Source: the human T2T-CHM13v2.0 reference genome, Homo sapiens
Assembly: GCF_009914755.1 (NCBI RefSeq)
Contig: NC_060928.1
Direction: 5' to 3' (one strand)
DNA: 64,000 bases
Notes under the pieces: generated by a model
Told to the model about the DNA's origin: nothing
Seen by the model: the letters and a program-made list of their open reading frames with translations, nothing else
Databases searched by the model: none
Program-made: the position numbers and the translations under genes
Part shown: in pieces, positions 41,060 to 54,310 of the stretch
How positions within the stretch are numbered: position 1 is the first letter of the stretch
Layout of the letters: each line of letters begins with the position of its first letter

Positions 41060-42722
41060 TGATGGCAGTGGCGGGCTGTCTGGAGCAGCTGCTGCCATTG
41101 TGCCATGACTGCAGGGAGGGCACAGGGAGGAGGCAGAACTAGGCCTGCACTCCACAGAGCTAGCAGGAGCCAGGGACAAGCAGGAGCCCTCCCTAAGGCT
41201 GCTGCCCTGGGGGCTGTTGCCATGGGGCTGAGTCAAGCAGCCTGAAGGCAGGGGAGCAGTGTGGTCAGGCACAGAAGGATGGGCAGAGAGGGGCCCAGTA
41301 AGGACCAGGATCGTCACCCCAGGCTGCAAGGAGGTGCAGCCAGGGCTGCCTGCATGCTCCATGGAATGGGCAGGAGCCCTGCCTTCCCAAGTGCAGGACC
41401 CAGGCATCTCTGCAATCTGCACCCTTGGGGCCTGGGAAGGACCCCTGCTCCCGAAGGCTCTGGAGTGTCTGCTGCTCCCACTGTCTCGCCTCTCCCCAAT
41501 CCCGGTGCCCACTCTGACCTTGGAGCAGGGTTGGGGCCAAGCCTGAACACTGTCACAGCATGGCTGGGTGTGCACACACTCAGGGCAGCACTGACACACC
41601 AGCCTCCTGCCACATTCCCCTTCAGACTTTAAATGCCTACAAGCACTGGGGGAAGTTGAGGAGGGGCTGAGGGCAGCTCAGTGCTGGCCTGCAGGTACCC
41701 CTTGGCATGAGCAGCCTGGGCATCATGGAGAGTAGCAGGAGGCAGACAGGATCCTGGGCAGAAAAAGGTGGTTCCTTCAGGCCAGGGAGGGCCTCAAGGC
41801 TGGGGGCCAGGCTGCCAGTCCCACAGACTGGAGTGGGAACTTGTGGTGCCTTTTCCATGCACACCTATGGCCACCCAAGGACCAATCAGTGCACACTTCC
41901 TCCCCTCTGAAGCCCATAAAAGCCCTAGGCTCAGCCAGAACTGAACACTCATCGAGATGACCGGCTGCAGAGAGGAGCTACCCTCTCTGCTAGGAGCTGA
42001 ACACCCTGCTGTGGAAAGGAGCTTCCCCCTGCAGGCCTCCTCTGAGCTGTTCTATTGCTCAATAAAACTTCTCTTCATCTTGCTCACTCTTCACTTGCCT
42101 GCGTATCTCATTCTTCCTGGTTGCAGGACAAGAACTCCGGATACGCTGAATGGCGAGGCTAAAAGAGCTATAAAACAAACAGGGCTGAAACATGCCCATT
42201 GCTCACCACATTGCAGGCGAAGAGAAGAAGAGAAGAGCTGTGGCCCTTTGGGGAGCCCAGCCCTGGGAACTCCCTGAACCAGGGTTGAGATTCCCTGTTT
42301 GGGGCCCCATGGTCCCTGGCATCTCCAAGCTTCTGGGCACCACCAGATTCCCCCATGCCAGCTGTGGAAGCTGCTTGTGGCGTGCCTGGTCTGGCCACAG
42401 CCTCACAGAGAGCCAGTGCCTGTGTCAGCACCTGGAGCTGCCTGCCTGGCTGCAGCAGCCAGCATGTCTGACTGTGTGTAGTGGCTGAACCCCACAGTCA
42501 CTCACACACCCCTCTCTGCTCCACACCTGACTCACCCTTGGCAGGCATGGGATCCAAGCCCTTGGCAGGTGTGGGATCCAGGCTGATAGTGTTAGCCAAG
42601 CACAGCCTGCCAGGCTGAGTGGGTGAAACAAGCCCAGTGGACCCAAGCTTTCCTTGGGCAAAGGTGCTAGTGGCCACAGAGGTTTCTGCCCAGAAAAGTG
42701 ACACCTCAAGGATCTTGTAACA
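41060..42722 (+). mobile_element. MER52 (A/C-like) ERV1 solo LTR, 1.66 kb, GC-rich
   Basis: TGATGGCAGTGGCGGGCTGTCTGGAGC...GTAACA. TSD TTAA at 41056-41059 and 42723-42726. CCAAT at 41882, CATAAAA near 41915, AATAAA at 42061. Confidence 0.85.
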
Positions 42723-42981
42723 TTAAGTCACAAAAATCAATAAACTACTAATGTAAGTAAAATCATGAGTAAATCTCAAAAACATAGATAACTGCTGACT
42801 TGGAGAAACTAGACCAAGAGAGTATATACTCAGTGATTTCTTTGTATGACATTCTAAAAATGTCAGTGATTATCTGGGGTCAGCAATAGATGATAGTTTG
42901 GTGTGAATAACCGCAAATCTGAGCGGGAAAACATTTTGGGTTGATAAAATTGTTCTTTACATTGTAATGGTGCTTCCATGG

Positions 42982-43358
42982 AGTTATGGACTGAATTATG
43001 TTTTCCAGAATTCTTAGGTTGAATCAATAATCCACAATGTGACAGTATTTGGACACAGGGCCACTAAAGCAGTAATTAAGATAACATGAGGTCACAAGTG
43101 TGGGTCCTGAATACAATAGGACTGGTGTTCTTATAAGAAGAAAGTGACACACTAGCAGTGCAGTACACAGAGAAAGGGCTATGTGAGGACAGCAAGAAGG
43201 TGGCCATCTTAAATCCAGGAAAAGAACCCTCAGGGGAAGCCAACCTTGCTGACACCTTGACCTTAGACTTCCAATCTTGACTGTAGAAAACACATGTCTG
43301 CAGTGTAAGCCACCCAGTCTGTGCTATTTTGTTATGGCAGCCCTAGCTGACTAATACG
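42982..43358 (+). mobile_element. MLT1A-like MaLR solo LTR
   Basis: Ends TTTGTTATGGCAGCCCTAGCTGACTAATAC. A 5-bp TSD CATGG lies at 42977-42981 and 43359-43363. Confidence 0.88.
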
Positions 43359-43959
43359 CATGGCTCTAAGCATCTGCCAAAACTCATCAAACTACACATT
43401 TAAGATGGGAGCATTTCATTGAATACAAATTATACCTCAATAAAGTTGATTTATAAAACCTCCTTAAGGAATGACAAAAAGAGCACTACACTGAATGCTT
43501 TATACATTAAATTGCATTCCCTAAATGAGAAACAGAACACTTGTTCTCTGTTTAGGATTTCTACAGGATGACTATAAATTCTTCAAAAGATATAGTACTC
43601 TCACAATGGCATAAATATCCTATATCTAGAGTGGAAAAATTACAGTGGGCAAAGACATCTGGCTTTGAAATGGTTTTGTTGGCAGCTTTGGAGTGTCAGC
43701 AGAAATAAGTGACATTTCTCTACAGCTCTGGAAGCAGAAGAAAATCACAAATGCCATTGTCATAATAGGTGCATTCCTTGTGTAAATATGATATACTCCC
43801 AGAGGATGCCTGAAGTAATTGAGAGAAATTAGAGGAAGCTGTAGTTCTAGCAGAGTGAATACAGTTAGAGCCAGAAATAGAGATTTGATTTATTATCATT
43901 ATTTTGACTTGATGTATTTCCCCACATAATTGTGCCCTGGGAAAAATAAGCTAATATAA

Positions 43960-44120
43960 AAATAGAGCTAGAGATAGAGCTGGAGGTTAGAGACATATAT
44001 ATAGTAATATAGATAGATTAATAGATAAATAATAGATATAGATAAATAGATGGATATATATGAAGTTATATTAATATATAGGATTATAAATGCATAGATG
44101 TATAAATATGTAGATATAAA
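43960..44120. repeat. (TAGA)/(TA)-rich low-complexity tract
   Basis: Read directly from the sequence. Confidence 0.7.
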
Positions 44121-46604
44121 GACAGACCCAACTGGTCATTTTGAGAGTGGATTTGTGAGTGATTTTTAGCTAAGCACTCATACTATACAATTAAACTATA
44201 ATGCTGAGTGTGTCCTTATGGGAAACTTCAAAATTCAAAAAAAGGGTTTTAAGGGGGAGACAAGATGACCAACTAGACGCAATCAGGAAGAGTATCTCCC
44301 ACTGAGAGAACAGATCATAAAGAAGGCTGGCACACTCCAAGCAGATCTTCAGAAGGAAAGCATTGAGAATAATCAGACAGAGGATGCAGACTCTGGGATG
44401 AAGTGGGAGAAAGCTGGGAATTCTGCACAGGGCTGCTGAGCACTAGGACTAGTTCCTGGTCTCAAGTGTCTCCTGGGAAAGGGGTGAGTTAAATAGGTAG
44501 GAGTGGCCTAGTCTCACCACAGACTTCTGGAATCCTACCTGCAGGAGACCACACAACCACCCACAGACATCTGAGCTGACAGGAGAGCTGCAGGGAGAGG
44601 TGGCAGGGACAGGACTCCACCCTGAGCAGAGCCCAGCGGGTTTGGCATGGGAATAGCTGCAGTGAAGCACAGCCAGAATGTCTGTCTCCTAAGGCTTGCC
44701 ATGCTCCCCCAGGTGGTTTTGGCCTTTGATCTGTCAGACTTTGACAGAGCAGAACAGTCTTGCCAATATAATGGGGCTAGTCTTATCTGAGCACTGCCCT
44801 GAATGCTGGCCTCTCCCAGAGTTCCTGCCTGTCTGTACCCACTTGCAGGGCAGCCTCAGGTGCCCAACCAGGCTATTTCCTGGCAGCTAACATCATAGCT
44901 CCTTTGCTGGCATACTACACTTGACAATCAAGGAGCTTCAGCCAGGCACCCCTCATCAATGCATACCAATTAACCTGCAGCTTTCACCCACCACAACTTC
45001 TGCCCACCAATTTGCTGGTGCACATGCATCCACAGCCCCCACCCCCACCACTTTGATGGTTTATGCACATAGGCAGACCTCACTGCCCTGCTTCTGCTTG
45101 TGCATGCATAAACAACTCACCACCCTACTCCTCTCAGCATGAGCACATGCGGACACCAGCACTCCATCCCTGCATGCACCCCACCACCCCATCCCCACTG
45201 ACATGTGTTACCCTGCTGCACATTTCTATTGCTCTCATGAATGTTCAAGCTTGGGTCCCATTGCCACTGCCGCAACAAAGTACTTTGGCTGGTACCCTTC
45301 ATCAGAGTATTGTTGCCAGCAGATTGGGAACACCTTAACCCTTCCAGCACAACAGGTGCTTAATATCAAGGACATAGAGAACAAAGCTGTGAGCCTGGTG
45401 GCAGGCCCACAGGGTTAGAGCACACAGCGCAGGTGTGTTGAGCTGAGACTTGCCCCCTGAAATCTTCCCTAAATGAAATCAGTTGGCCAAACTCACCTTA
45501 TACCACAGTCAAACCCTCAAGGGCATCAAGGAATATAAAGGCAAGAAAAAATAAAACTATCCAAGAGATGGCAATTTCAAACATTCAAACATTAAAGGAA
45601 CATCATCAGCCTATGTAGATGAGAAAAAACCAGCTCAAGAACTCTGGCAACTCAAAAAACCAGACTGTTTTCTTACCTCCAAATGACCACACTCGCTCCC
45701 CAGAAATGGTTCTGAACCAGGCTGAAATGGCTGAAATAACAAACATACAATTTAGAATCTGGATAGGAACAAAGATCATCAAGATTCAGGAGAAAGTCAA
45801 AACATATGCCAAAATATCTCAGGAATCCAATAAAATGACACAAGAACTGAAAGATAAAATAGCCATTTTAAGAAAGAACCAAACCATACTAATAGAGCTG
45901 AAAAAATGCACTATAAGAGTTTTGTAATACAATCAGAAGTATTAACAGCAGTATAGACCAAGGTAAGGAGTGGATCTCAGAGCTCAAAGACAGGTTATTC
46001 AAATGAACTCAGATAAAAATAAAGAAATAATAATTACAAGGATGAAAAAATCTTCTGAGAAATACGAGATTGTGAAAAGAGACCAAACCTATGAATCATT
46101 GGCATCCTTCAAACATGAGAGGAAAGAGCAAGCAATTAGAAAATATTTGAGAGTATTGTTCATGAAAATTTCTCCAATTCACTAGAGAGGTCAGCATTCA
46201 AATTTAGGAAATGCAAAGAAGCTCTAAGAAATAATACATAAGACAGGCATTGCCAAGATACATAGTCATTAGATTCTCCAAGGACGATGTCAAAGAAAAA
46301 ATATTAAAGGAAGCTAGAGAGAAAGGGCAGAACACCTACAAAGGGAAGCCCAAAAGGTTAACAGCACATCTTTCAGCAGAAACCCTACAAGCAAGAAGAG
46401 ATTGAAGGCCTATTTTTAACATTCTTAAGAAAAGAAATTCCAAACAAGAATTTCACATCCAGCTAAACTAAATGAAGGGAAAATAAGATTCTTTACAGAT
46501 AAGAAAATGCTAAGAGAATTTGTTACCATAAGACCTAACTTACAAGTAGTTCTTAATGGAGTGCTAAACGTGGAAATGAAAGGCCATTATCAGTCACCAA
46601 AGAA

Positions 46605-46632
46605 ACACACACACACACACACACACACACAC
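46605..46632. repeat. (CA)n microsatellite in the L1 inter-ORF region
   Basis: Read directly from the sequence. Confidence 0.9.
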
Positions 46633-46649
46633 TTATGCACATAGACCAT

Positions 46650-47195
46650 TATGATGGTTAATACTGAATGTCAACTTGATTGGATTGAAGGATGCAAAGT
46701 ATTGTTCCTGGGTATGTCTGTGGGGGTGTTACCAAAGGAGATTAACATTTGAGTCAGTGGATTGGGAGAGGCAGATTCACCCTCAATCTGGGTGGACACC
46801 ATCAAATCAGCTTCCAATGTGGCTAGAATAAAGCAGGCAGGAGTTGGAAAGAACAGACCTGCTGAGTTTCTTGGCCTTCATTTTTCTCCTGTGCTGGATG
46901 CTTCCTGCCCTCCAACATTGGACTCCAAGTTCTTCAGCTTTCAGACCCTTGGACTTACACCAGTGGTTTGCCATGGGCTCTCGGGCCTTCAGCCACAGAC
47001 TGCAGGCTGCACTGCTGGCTTCCTTACTTTTGAGGTTTTGGGACTCAGATTGGCTTCCTCGTTCCTCAGCTTTCAAATGGCCTATTATGGGAATTCACCT
47101 TATGATCGTGTGAGTCAATACTCTTTAATAAACTCCCTTTTATATATACATATATCCTATTAGTTCTGTCCCTCTGGAGAACACTTAGTAGTACA
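46650..47195 (+). mobile_element. MLT2A2-like HERV-L solo LTR
   Basis: TGATGGTTAATACTGAATGTCAACTTGATTGGATTGAAGGATGCAAAG start and TCCTATTAGTTCTGTCCCTCTGGAGAAC end. TSD ACCAT/ACTAT. Confidence 0.88.
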
Positions 47196-47330
47196 ACTAT
47201 TGACACTAAAAAGCAATTACACAATCAGGTCTGCAAAATAACCACCTAACAACACAAAGATAGGACCAAATCTGAACGTATCAATATTAACCTTGAAAGT
47301 AGATGAGCTAAATGCCCCACTTAAAAGACA

Positions 47331-48950
47331 CAGCATGGGAGAAAGATGTAGGCTGGGAGGCTAGGCCCATCTCTATTTTTCATGTTTTTCTGCCTGTTTT
47401 ATATTTGCTGGCAGCTGATTAGATTGTGCCCACCAGATTAAGGGTGGATCTGCCTTCCCCAGCCCACTGACTCAAATGTTAATCTCTTTTGGTCAACACC
47501 CACATAGACACACCCAGGATTAACACTCTGCATCCTTCAATCCAATCAAATTGACAGTATTAACCCTGCAAGTCCACCCCTACATCTCCTGAGATCATAC
47601 GTACTCTTCAAATAAAGACAATATTGAGGTCATAATTATGCTTAACATAAAAACAACTATCCTTCATACAAGGGGAAATGCACTAATCCCCAACCCAAAT
47701 ACTATTACATAAAGTTAACAATACTTAAATGCTGATATGAAGTCAATAAATCTTATGTCACATGATAAAGGAAAAGGAAATAACATGAAGATATTTCCTT
47801 AGTACAAGTGTATACATGCACAAACATGTTTTCAACAAAAGAAGGAGGAAATACTCATGACAATTACAGTTCTCATTTCCGCAGCCGGTCATGTGGTCAT
47901 AGCTGGTACTGATGACTACCTTCTTCTACTACCCATTCTGTATCCCCTTTGCCTTCAGCAAGCACCTCAGCAGGTCATGGTTTTCTTCCTGGTGGAGTGA
48001 CCCAAACCTTCATTCCTGAAGAGTCTGGAACATTTGTAGTCCTGCCTGGATTTGGCTGTTGTACTTTCCCATTGACCTTAATATCCACTCCCATGCCTGT
48101 TCTCCAGATTGCTGTTTATATAAATTAGAGAACTCAAACAGTTCTTTTTGAATGTAGTGCATTTCCTCATGGGTCACACTGTCAACCTCACCTCTGGGGA
48201 CCCACCAGGACTTTAGTCTAGTTACAGGTCTAGAAGCAAACAGAGGTGTTCGGTGTGACTTCTGAGGAGAATCAACATTATCTTGCCTGGCAATTGCCTT
48301 TGGAGAGGGCATCACTGTTGCCTCAGGCAGTGCAGGGTTTTTCTCCTCAGACAAAGGTGGAAAGGCTGATGGCAGCATGAGTCAGGGAGGGGATGTTGCC
48401 ACTACTGGGGATGGGGATGTTCCTTCTGGCAAAGATGATTCATCAGAGTTTACAAACTCAGTATCTGCAGCTTCATCAGGGTCCTCCCACATATCCCCAT
48501 TCCAAGTTGCAGGGTCCCATTCTTTTCCAATGAATGCCCTCACTTTAACAGTAGACACCTGGTGATGCTGTGCATGCATCTTTCGTTCAGGTCAGCCACT
48601 CTCATAATAAGAGTTTGTTTCTTTTTCCACAAATCCATCTCTTTCTCTTCAGGAGATTAGACTCTCACTCAGGGCAATCTTAGCAGATTTGAGGCTCAGT
48701 ATCTGCTTCTGAAGCCTTGAGACAGAATCCTTGAGTTCATCATTTTCTTTCATCACTTTGTCCATTGAAATTAGAAGCAACCAACCAGCTTCATTATGTC
48801 TCTTGGTTCTCCACAAATGGTCAAAGGTATTATGTACAGAGTCACTAAATTCTTTGCCCCTCATGAGCAGTGAAACAGGAGTGTCAAATGCATTATTGTG
48901 CATAACTCTCTAAGCAGTTCATGCCAAGGAGTATCAATGTTCTCCATACT
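47331..48950 (-). mobile_element. HERV-L fragment: partial gag, 3' internal region, PPT and partial MLT2A1 3' LTR
   Basis: Minus-strand ORFs are ERVL gag-like (VSTVKVRAFIGKEWDPATWNGDMWEDPDEA; KQQSGEQAWEWILR). PPT reverse complement AGTCCACCCC at 47571-47580. The MLT2A1 5' half spans 47331-47570. Confidence 0.88.
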
Positions 48951-51900
48951 AACAATAATGAGAACAAAGACATAATATATCAGAATTTCTGGGACACAAC
49001 TAAAGTTGGATTATGAAGGAAATTTATAGCACTAATGCCCACATCAAAAAGTTAGAAAGGTATAAAATTGACAAACTAATATCACACCTAAAGGAATTAG
49101 AAAAAGAAGAGCAAACCGGCAAACCAACTCCAAAGCTAGCAGAAGAAAATAACCAAATTGTAGCTGGATTTAATGAAATTGGGATGTGAAAAACCACATA
49201 AAAGAACAATGAAACTAAAAGTTGCTTCCCTGAAAGAATAAAATTGATGGACCACTGGCTAAACTAATAAAGAGAAAAAGAAAGAAAATCGAAATAAACA
49301 CAATCAGAAATGACAAAGGGGACATTACCATCAACATTACAGAAATACAAAAGAAAACAACCCCTCAGAGACTATTATGAACACCTCTATGCACAGAAAC
49401 TAGAAAACCTAGAGGAAATGGGTAAATTCCTGGAAACACACAACCTCCCAAGATTGAACCAGAAAGAAATTGAAACTCTAAACAGACCAATAATTAGCTC
49501 CAAAATTGACTAAGTAAGAAAAAGCCAGAAAAAAAACCCTGTACTAGACAGATTCAAACTGAATTCCACCAAACATATGAAGAAGAATTAGTACCAATAA
49601 TATTGAAACTTTTCCAAAAACTTGAGGAGTAGGGACTCTGCCTTAACTCAGTCTCTGAGGACAGCATTATTCAGATACCAGAATCTAGCAGAAAAACAAC
49701 AACAACAAAACTTCAGGCCAACATACCTCGTGAAAATAGATGCAAAAATCCTCAACAAAATACTAGCAACCCAAATCCAGGAGCACAGCAAAAAGCTAAT
49801 CCTTCACAGTCAAGTAGGCTGTACTCCTGGGATGCAAGATTGATTCAACATAAACAGAACTAAAAACAAACACCACATAATTATCTCAACAGATGCAGAA
49901 AAGACTTTCAACAAAATTCAATATATTAATGCTAAACACCCTCGATAAAGTAGGTATTGAAGGAACATACCACAAAATAGTAAGAGCCATCTATGACAAA
50001 CCCACAATCAATATCATACCAAACATGCAAAAGGAGCAAGCATTCTTCTTGAGAACTGGAACATGACAAGGATCCACACTGTTACCACTCCTATTCAACA
50101 TAGTACTGGAAGGCTTTCTCAGAGCAATTAAACAAGAGGAAGAAATAAAAGGCCTTCAAATAGAAAGAGAAAGAGAGAAAGTCAAAATATATCTCTTTGC
50201 AGATAATATAATCTCTGGAATACCTAAAAACCGCATAGTCTCTGCTCAAAAGCTTCTAAATCTGATAAACTATTTCAGTAAACATTCAGGATACAAAATC
50301 AATGTATAAATATCAGTAGCATTTCTATACACTGACCACATCCAATCTGAGAACCAAATCAATAATGCAATCTCATTTATATTAGACCCCCAAAACATAA
50401 AATACCTAGAAACACATCTAAACAGGGAATGAAAGAGCTCTACAACAAAATTTATAAAATACTGCAGAAAGAAATCAAAGACAACACAAACAAATAAAAA
50501 AACATTCCATGCTCACAGATAAGAAGAATCAACATTGTTAAATGGCTGTGGTGTCCAAAGCAATTTATAGATTAAATGATATTTCCCTCAAACTACCAAG
50601 GACATTTTACAAAGAATAAGAAAAAACTATTCTAAGTTTCATATGGAACCAAAAAAGAGCCCCTAGAGCCAAAGCAATCCTAAATAAAAAGAACAAAGCC
50701 AAAGGCATCACATGACCCAACTTCAAACTCTACTCCAAGGCTACAGTAACTAAAACAGCATGGTACTTGTATAAAATATAAATAAAAATAGACACATAGA
50801 TAAATGGAACAGATTAGATAACCCAATAATAAAGCCACACATCTGCAATTACCTGATCTTTGATGAAATCAACAAAAACAAGTAATGAGGAAAGGACTCC
50901 CTATTCAAGAAATGATGGTGAGATAACTCACTAGCTATATAAAGAAGACTGAAACGGAAACCTTTATTTTCACTGTATACAAAAATCAACTCAAGATGGA
51001 TTAAAGACAAATGTAAATCTGAAACTATAAACGCTCTAGAAGATAACATAGGAAATACCATTCTGGACATAGGTCCTGATGGAAATTTTATGAAAAAGAC
51101 ACCAAAAGCAATTGCAACAAAAACAAAAATTGACAAATGGGATCTAAGAGCTTCTGCACAACAAAAGAAACTATCAACAAGTAAACAGACAACCTACAGA
51201 ATGAGAGAAAATATTTGCAAACTATGCATCTGGCAAAAGTCTAATATCCAGAATTTATATAAAACATAAATCAACAAGCAAATAGTGAACAACTCCATTA
51301 AAATATGAAGAAAAAGACATGAACAGATACTTTGCAAAGGAAGACATACATCCAGCCGACAAGCATATGAAAAACTGTTCAATATCACTAATCACTAGAG
51401 AAATGCAAATCAAAACCACAATGAAATACCATCTTACACCACTCAGGGTAGTTACTATCAAAAAGTCAAAAAATAGCGGATACTGGTGAGGCTTTGAAGG
51501 AAAGGGAACATTTAAACATTGCTTCTGGAATGTAAACCAGTTCAACCACTGCGGAATGCAATTTGGAGATTTCTCAAAGTACTTAAAACAGAGCTACTAT
51601 TCAATCCAGCAATCCTATTACTAGGTATATAAAAGGAAAATAAATTGTTCTCCCATAAAGACACATGCACACGTATGGTCTACCATCAAGACACATGCAC
51701 ACACTATTCCTAATAGCAAAGACATGAAATCAACAGTAAATGCCCATGAAGTGTGTGCTGGATAAAGAAAATGTGGTACATATACACCACAGGATGCTAC
51801 AAAGGCATAAAAAAAGAATGAGAACATGTTCTTTGAAGCAGCATAGATGGAGCTGGAGCCCATCATCCTAAGGAAATTAATGCAGGAATCAAAAACCAAA

Positions 51901-52519
51901 TACCTATAATTGGGAGCTAAACATGGAGTACTCATGAACATAAAGAGGGTAGCAATAGATACCAGGGCCTCCTTGAGGGTGGAAGTTGGGAGGAGGGTAA
52001 GGATCAACAAGCTACCTATTGATTACTATGCTTATTACCTGGGTGATGAAATAATTTGTACACTAAACCTCCATGGCACACAATTTATCCATGTAACAAA
52101 ACTGCACATGTACCCCTTGAATCCAAAATAAAAATTGGAAGAAAAAAATCAAAGATCCAGTATCTTCTAAAAAACATATCTTTCCACTCCGTATTCTAAA
52201 AACCATATTTCTCTACTCCATATTGAGTAGAGTTAATTGAATAAGTTAATTGAGTAATTTACAGTGTTGCATGTTTTTTTATTAAGACTTTTTCTTGGGC
52301 TTTTCAATTTGAGACATACTATATTAAAACTAGTAATTCAATGTAAGATCTGTATATTTCTAACTATATTTATCTCTTTTACAGTGTTATAAGACTTTTA
52401 AAACTATCACATCTGTCCTACATTAGCCACATTTTACTCTTACATTGCTAGTAAAACAACGCTACTTAATGGTAATCTGAATTATTTCTAAAGCTTTCCA
52501 GGGTTCTTCCCATTATTTC

Positions 52520-52830
52520 TTTTTTTTTTTTTTTTTGGTTGTTTGTTTAGACAGGGTCTCACTTTGTTGCCCAGTCTGGAGTGCAGTGGCATGATCTCGG
52601 TTCACTGAAGCCTTGACCTCCCAGGTTCAAGCGATCCTCCTGCTTCAGCCTACAAACCAGCTAGGACTACAAGCATGCACCAACATGCCCACCTAATTTT
52701 TTGTATTTTTAGTAGAGATGAGGCCTTACTATGTTGCCTGGGCCAGGCTTGAACTGTGGAGTTCAAGTGATTCACCCACCTAGGCCTCCCAAAGTGCTAG
52801 GGTTACAGGCATGAGCTGCTGTGCCCAGGC
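52520..52830 (-). mobile_element. AluJ
   Basis: Antisense dimer with J motifs (AGACAGGGTCTCAC, GCCTTGACCTCC, GATCCTCC). TSD ATTATTTCT. Confidence 0.88.
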
Positions 52831-53103
52831 TCTATTATTTCTGTAACCACTAGTCTTCCTTTTCCTGAATTCCTTTGTGATTTGGAGGGATTAATCTCAT
52901 TATTATATTCCCTTTTTAATAGATATACTCAGATTCACTAATTCTGTAAAGGCTAATATTTAAGTAATCATAAATATAAATGCCCTTTATATTATTAAGA
53001 TATTCCTAATCACCGACTAGAAAAAGTTGCAAAAAAGTATAGAGTCCATATTGCAAATACTATAGACCTTAAAATGTAAAAATTCTGGTCACTGGATATC
53101 ATT

Positions 53104-53959
53104 AGAACTTAAATAAATTTACAAGAAACAAACAAACAGCCCCATAAAAAAGTGGGCAAAGGACATGAACAGACACTTTTCAAAAACAGACATACACATA
53201 TGTCAACAATCATATGGAAAAAAGCTCAACACCACTGATCATTAAGGAAATGCAAATCAAAAGCACAATGAGATACCATCTCACACCAGTCAGAATGGTG
53301 ATTATTAAAAAGGCAAAAAATAACAGATACTGGCAAGGTTGTGGAGAAAAAGGAATACTTGTACACTGTTAGTAGAAGTATAAAGTAGTTCAGCCATTGA
53401 GGAAAACAAGTGGTCCGCAAAGACCATTTTACCCAGCAGTCCCATTACTGGGTATATACCCAAAGAAATATAAATTATTCTATTATAAAGACACATGCAC
53501 ACATACATTAATTGTAGTACTATTCACAATAGCAAAGACATGGAATCCACCTAAATGCCCATCAATAATAGACTGCATAGAGAAAATGTGGTACATATAC
53601 ATCATGGAATATTATGCAGCCATGAAAAAGAATAAAATCATCTCATTTTCAGGGACATGGATGGAGCTGTAGGCCAATATCCTTAGCAAACTAACACAGG
53701 GAGAGAAAACCAACTATCTCATGTTTTCACTCGTAAGTAGTACCTAAATGATGAGAATATGTGAACACCTAGAAGGGAACAATACACACTGGGGTCTCTA
53801 AAAGGTTGGAGGTTGGGAGGAGAGAGAAGATTAGGAAAATAACTAATGCATGCTAGGCTTAATACCTTGGGGATGAAATATGAAAACAACCCCCTTGACA
53901 AAAGTAACCTATGTAACAAACATGCACTTGTACCCCTGAACTTAAAAGTTAAAAAAAAA
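53104..53959 (+). mobile_element. L1PA (older, PA8-13-like) 3' fragment
   Basis: ORF2 C-terminus (WYIYIMEYYAAMKKN) followed by 3' UTR and A tail. Confidence 0.88.
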
Positions 53960-54310
53960 GAAGTTAGACAAAGGAAAGAAGGCAACTGGGAAGTTTTTCA
54001 TATTTAAAAAAAATGAGAAAAAGAAAGTCTACTTCTTAAACTTATGGAGCAGAAATAGTGGTTTACAACTGGAAATTAATGTTTAAAAGAAAACTGATAG
54101 AGACTTTAAAAATAACAAATCTTGAAAGAGGATAAAGGAAGGTGAAGATATTGAGGTAATTTTTTTCTTTTATAGCAGGGGAAAATAAATATTTATGTTG
54201 ATAAATTTAAAAATATATGTATAAAAATATTAATTACAATTACAGACTCAACCATTTGTAAGAATGCAAATGTACAGGGGTAGATATCTCTAAAATTGAG
54301 TTTTGTAGTT

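Larger units (their letters stand above)
40033..43458 (+). mobile_element. Old L1 (L1ME-like) ORF2 end and 3' UTR, interrupted by Alu, MER52 and MLT1A
   Basis: AAGACCTAAATAAATGGAAA and GCCAAAACTGGAAAC motifs. Terminal AAAACTCATCAAACTACACATTTAAGA...TATACCTCAATAAAG. Confidence 0.75.
44252..52148 (+). mobile_element. Near-full-length, decayed L1 (L1PA15/16-like) with two ERVL-derived inserts
   Basis: 5' UTR starts GGGGGAGACAAGATGACCAACTAGACGC. ORF1 remnant from 45619 (MRKNQLKNSGNSK...). ORF2 remnants [21 protein letters not shown] and [20 protein letters not shown]. 3' UTR and A tail present. Many stops and frameshifts. Confidence 0.9.

Noticed and set aside
41045-42709. Dense stack of overlapping ORFs, including the longest (184 aa)
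   Set aside because: They lie almost entirely within the GC-rich MER52 LTR, where stop codons are scarce.
44252-52148. Potentially active full-length L1
   Set aside because: Old subfamily, both ORFs have many stops and frameshifts, and the endonuclease domain is deleted.
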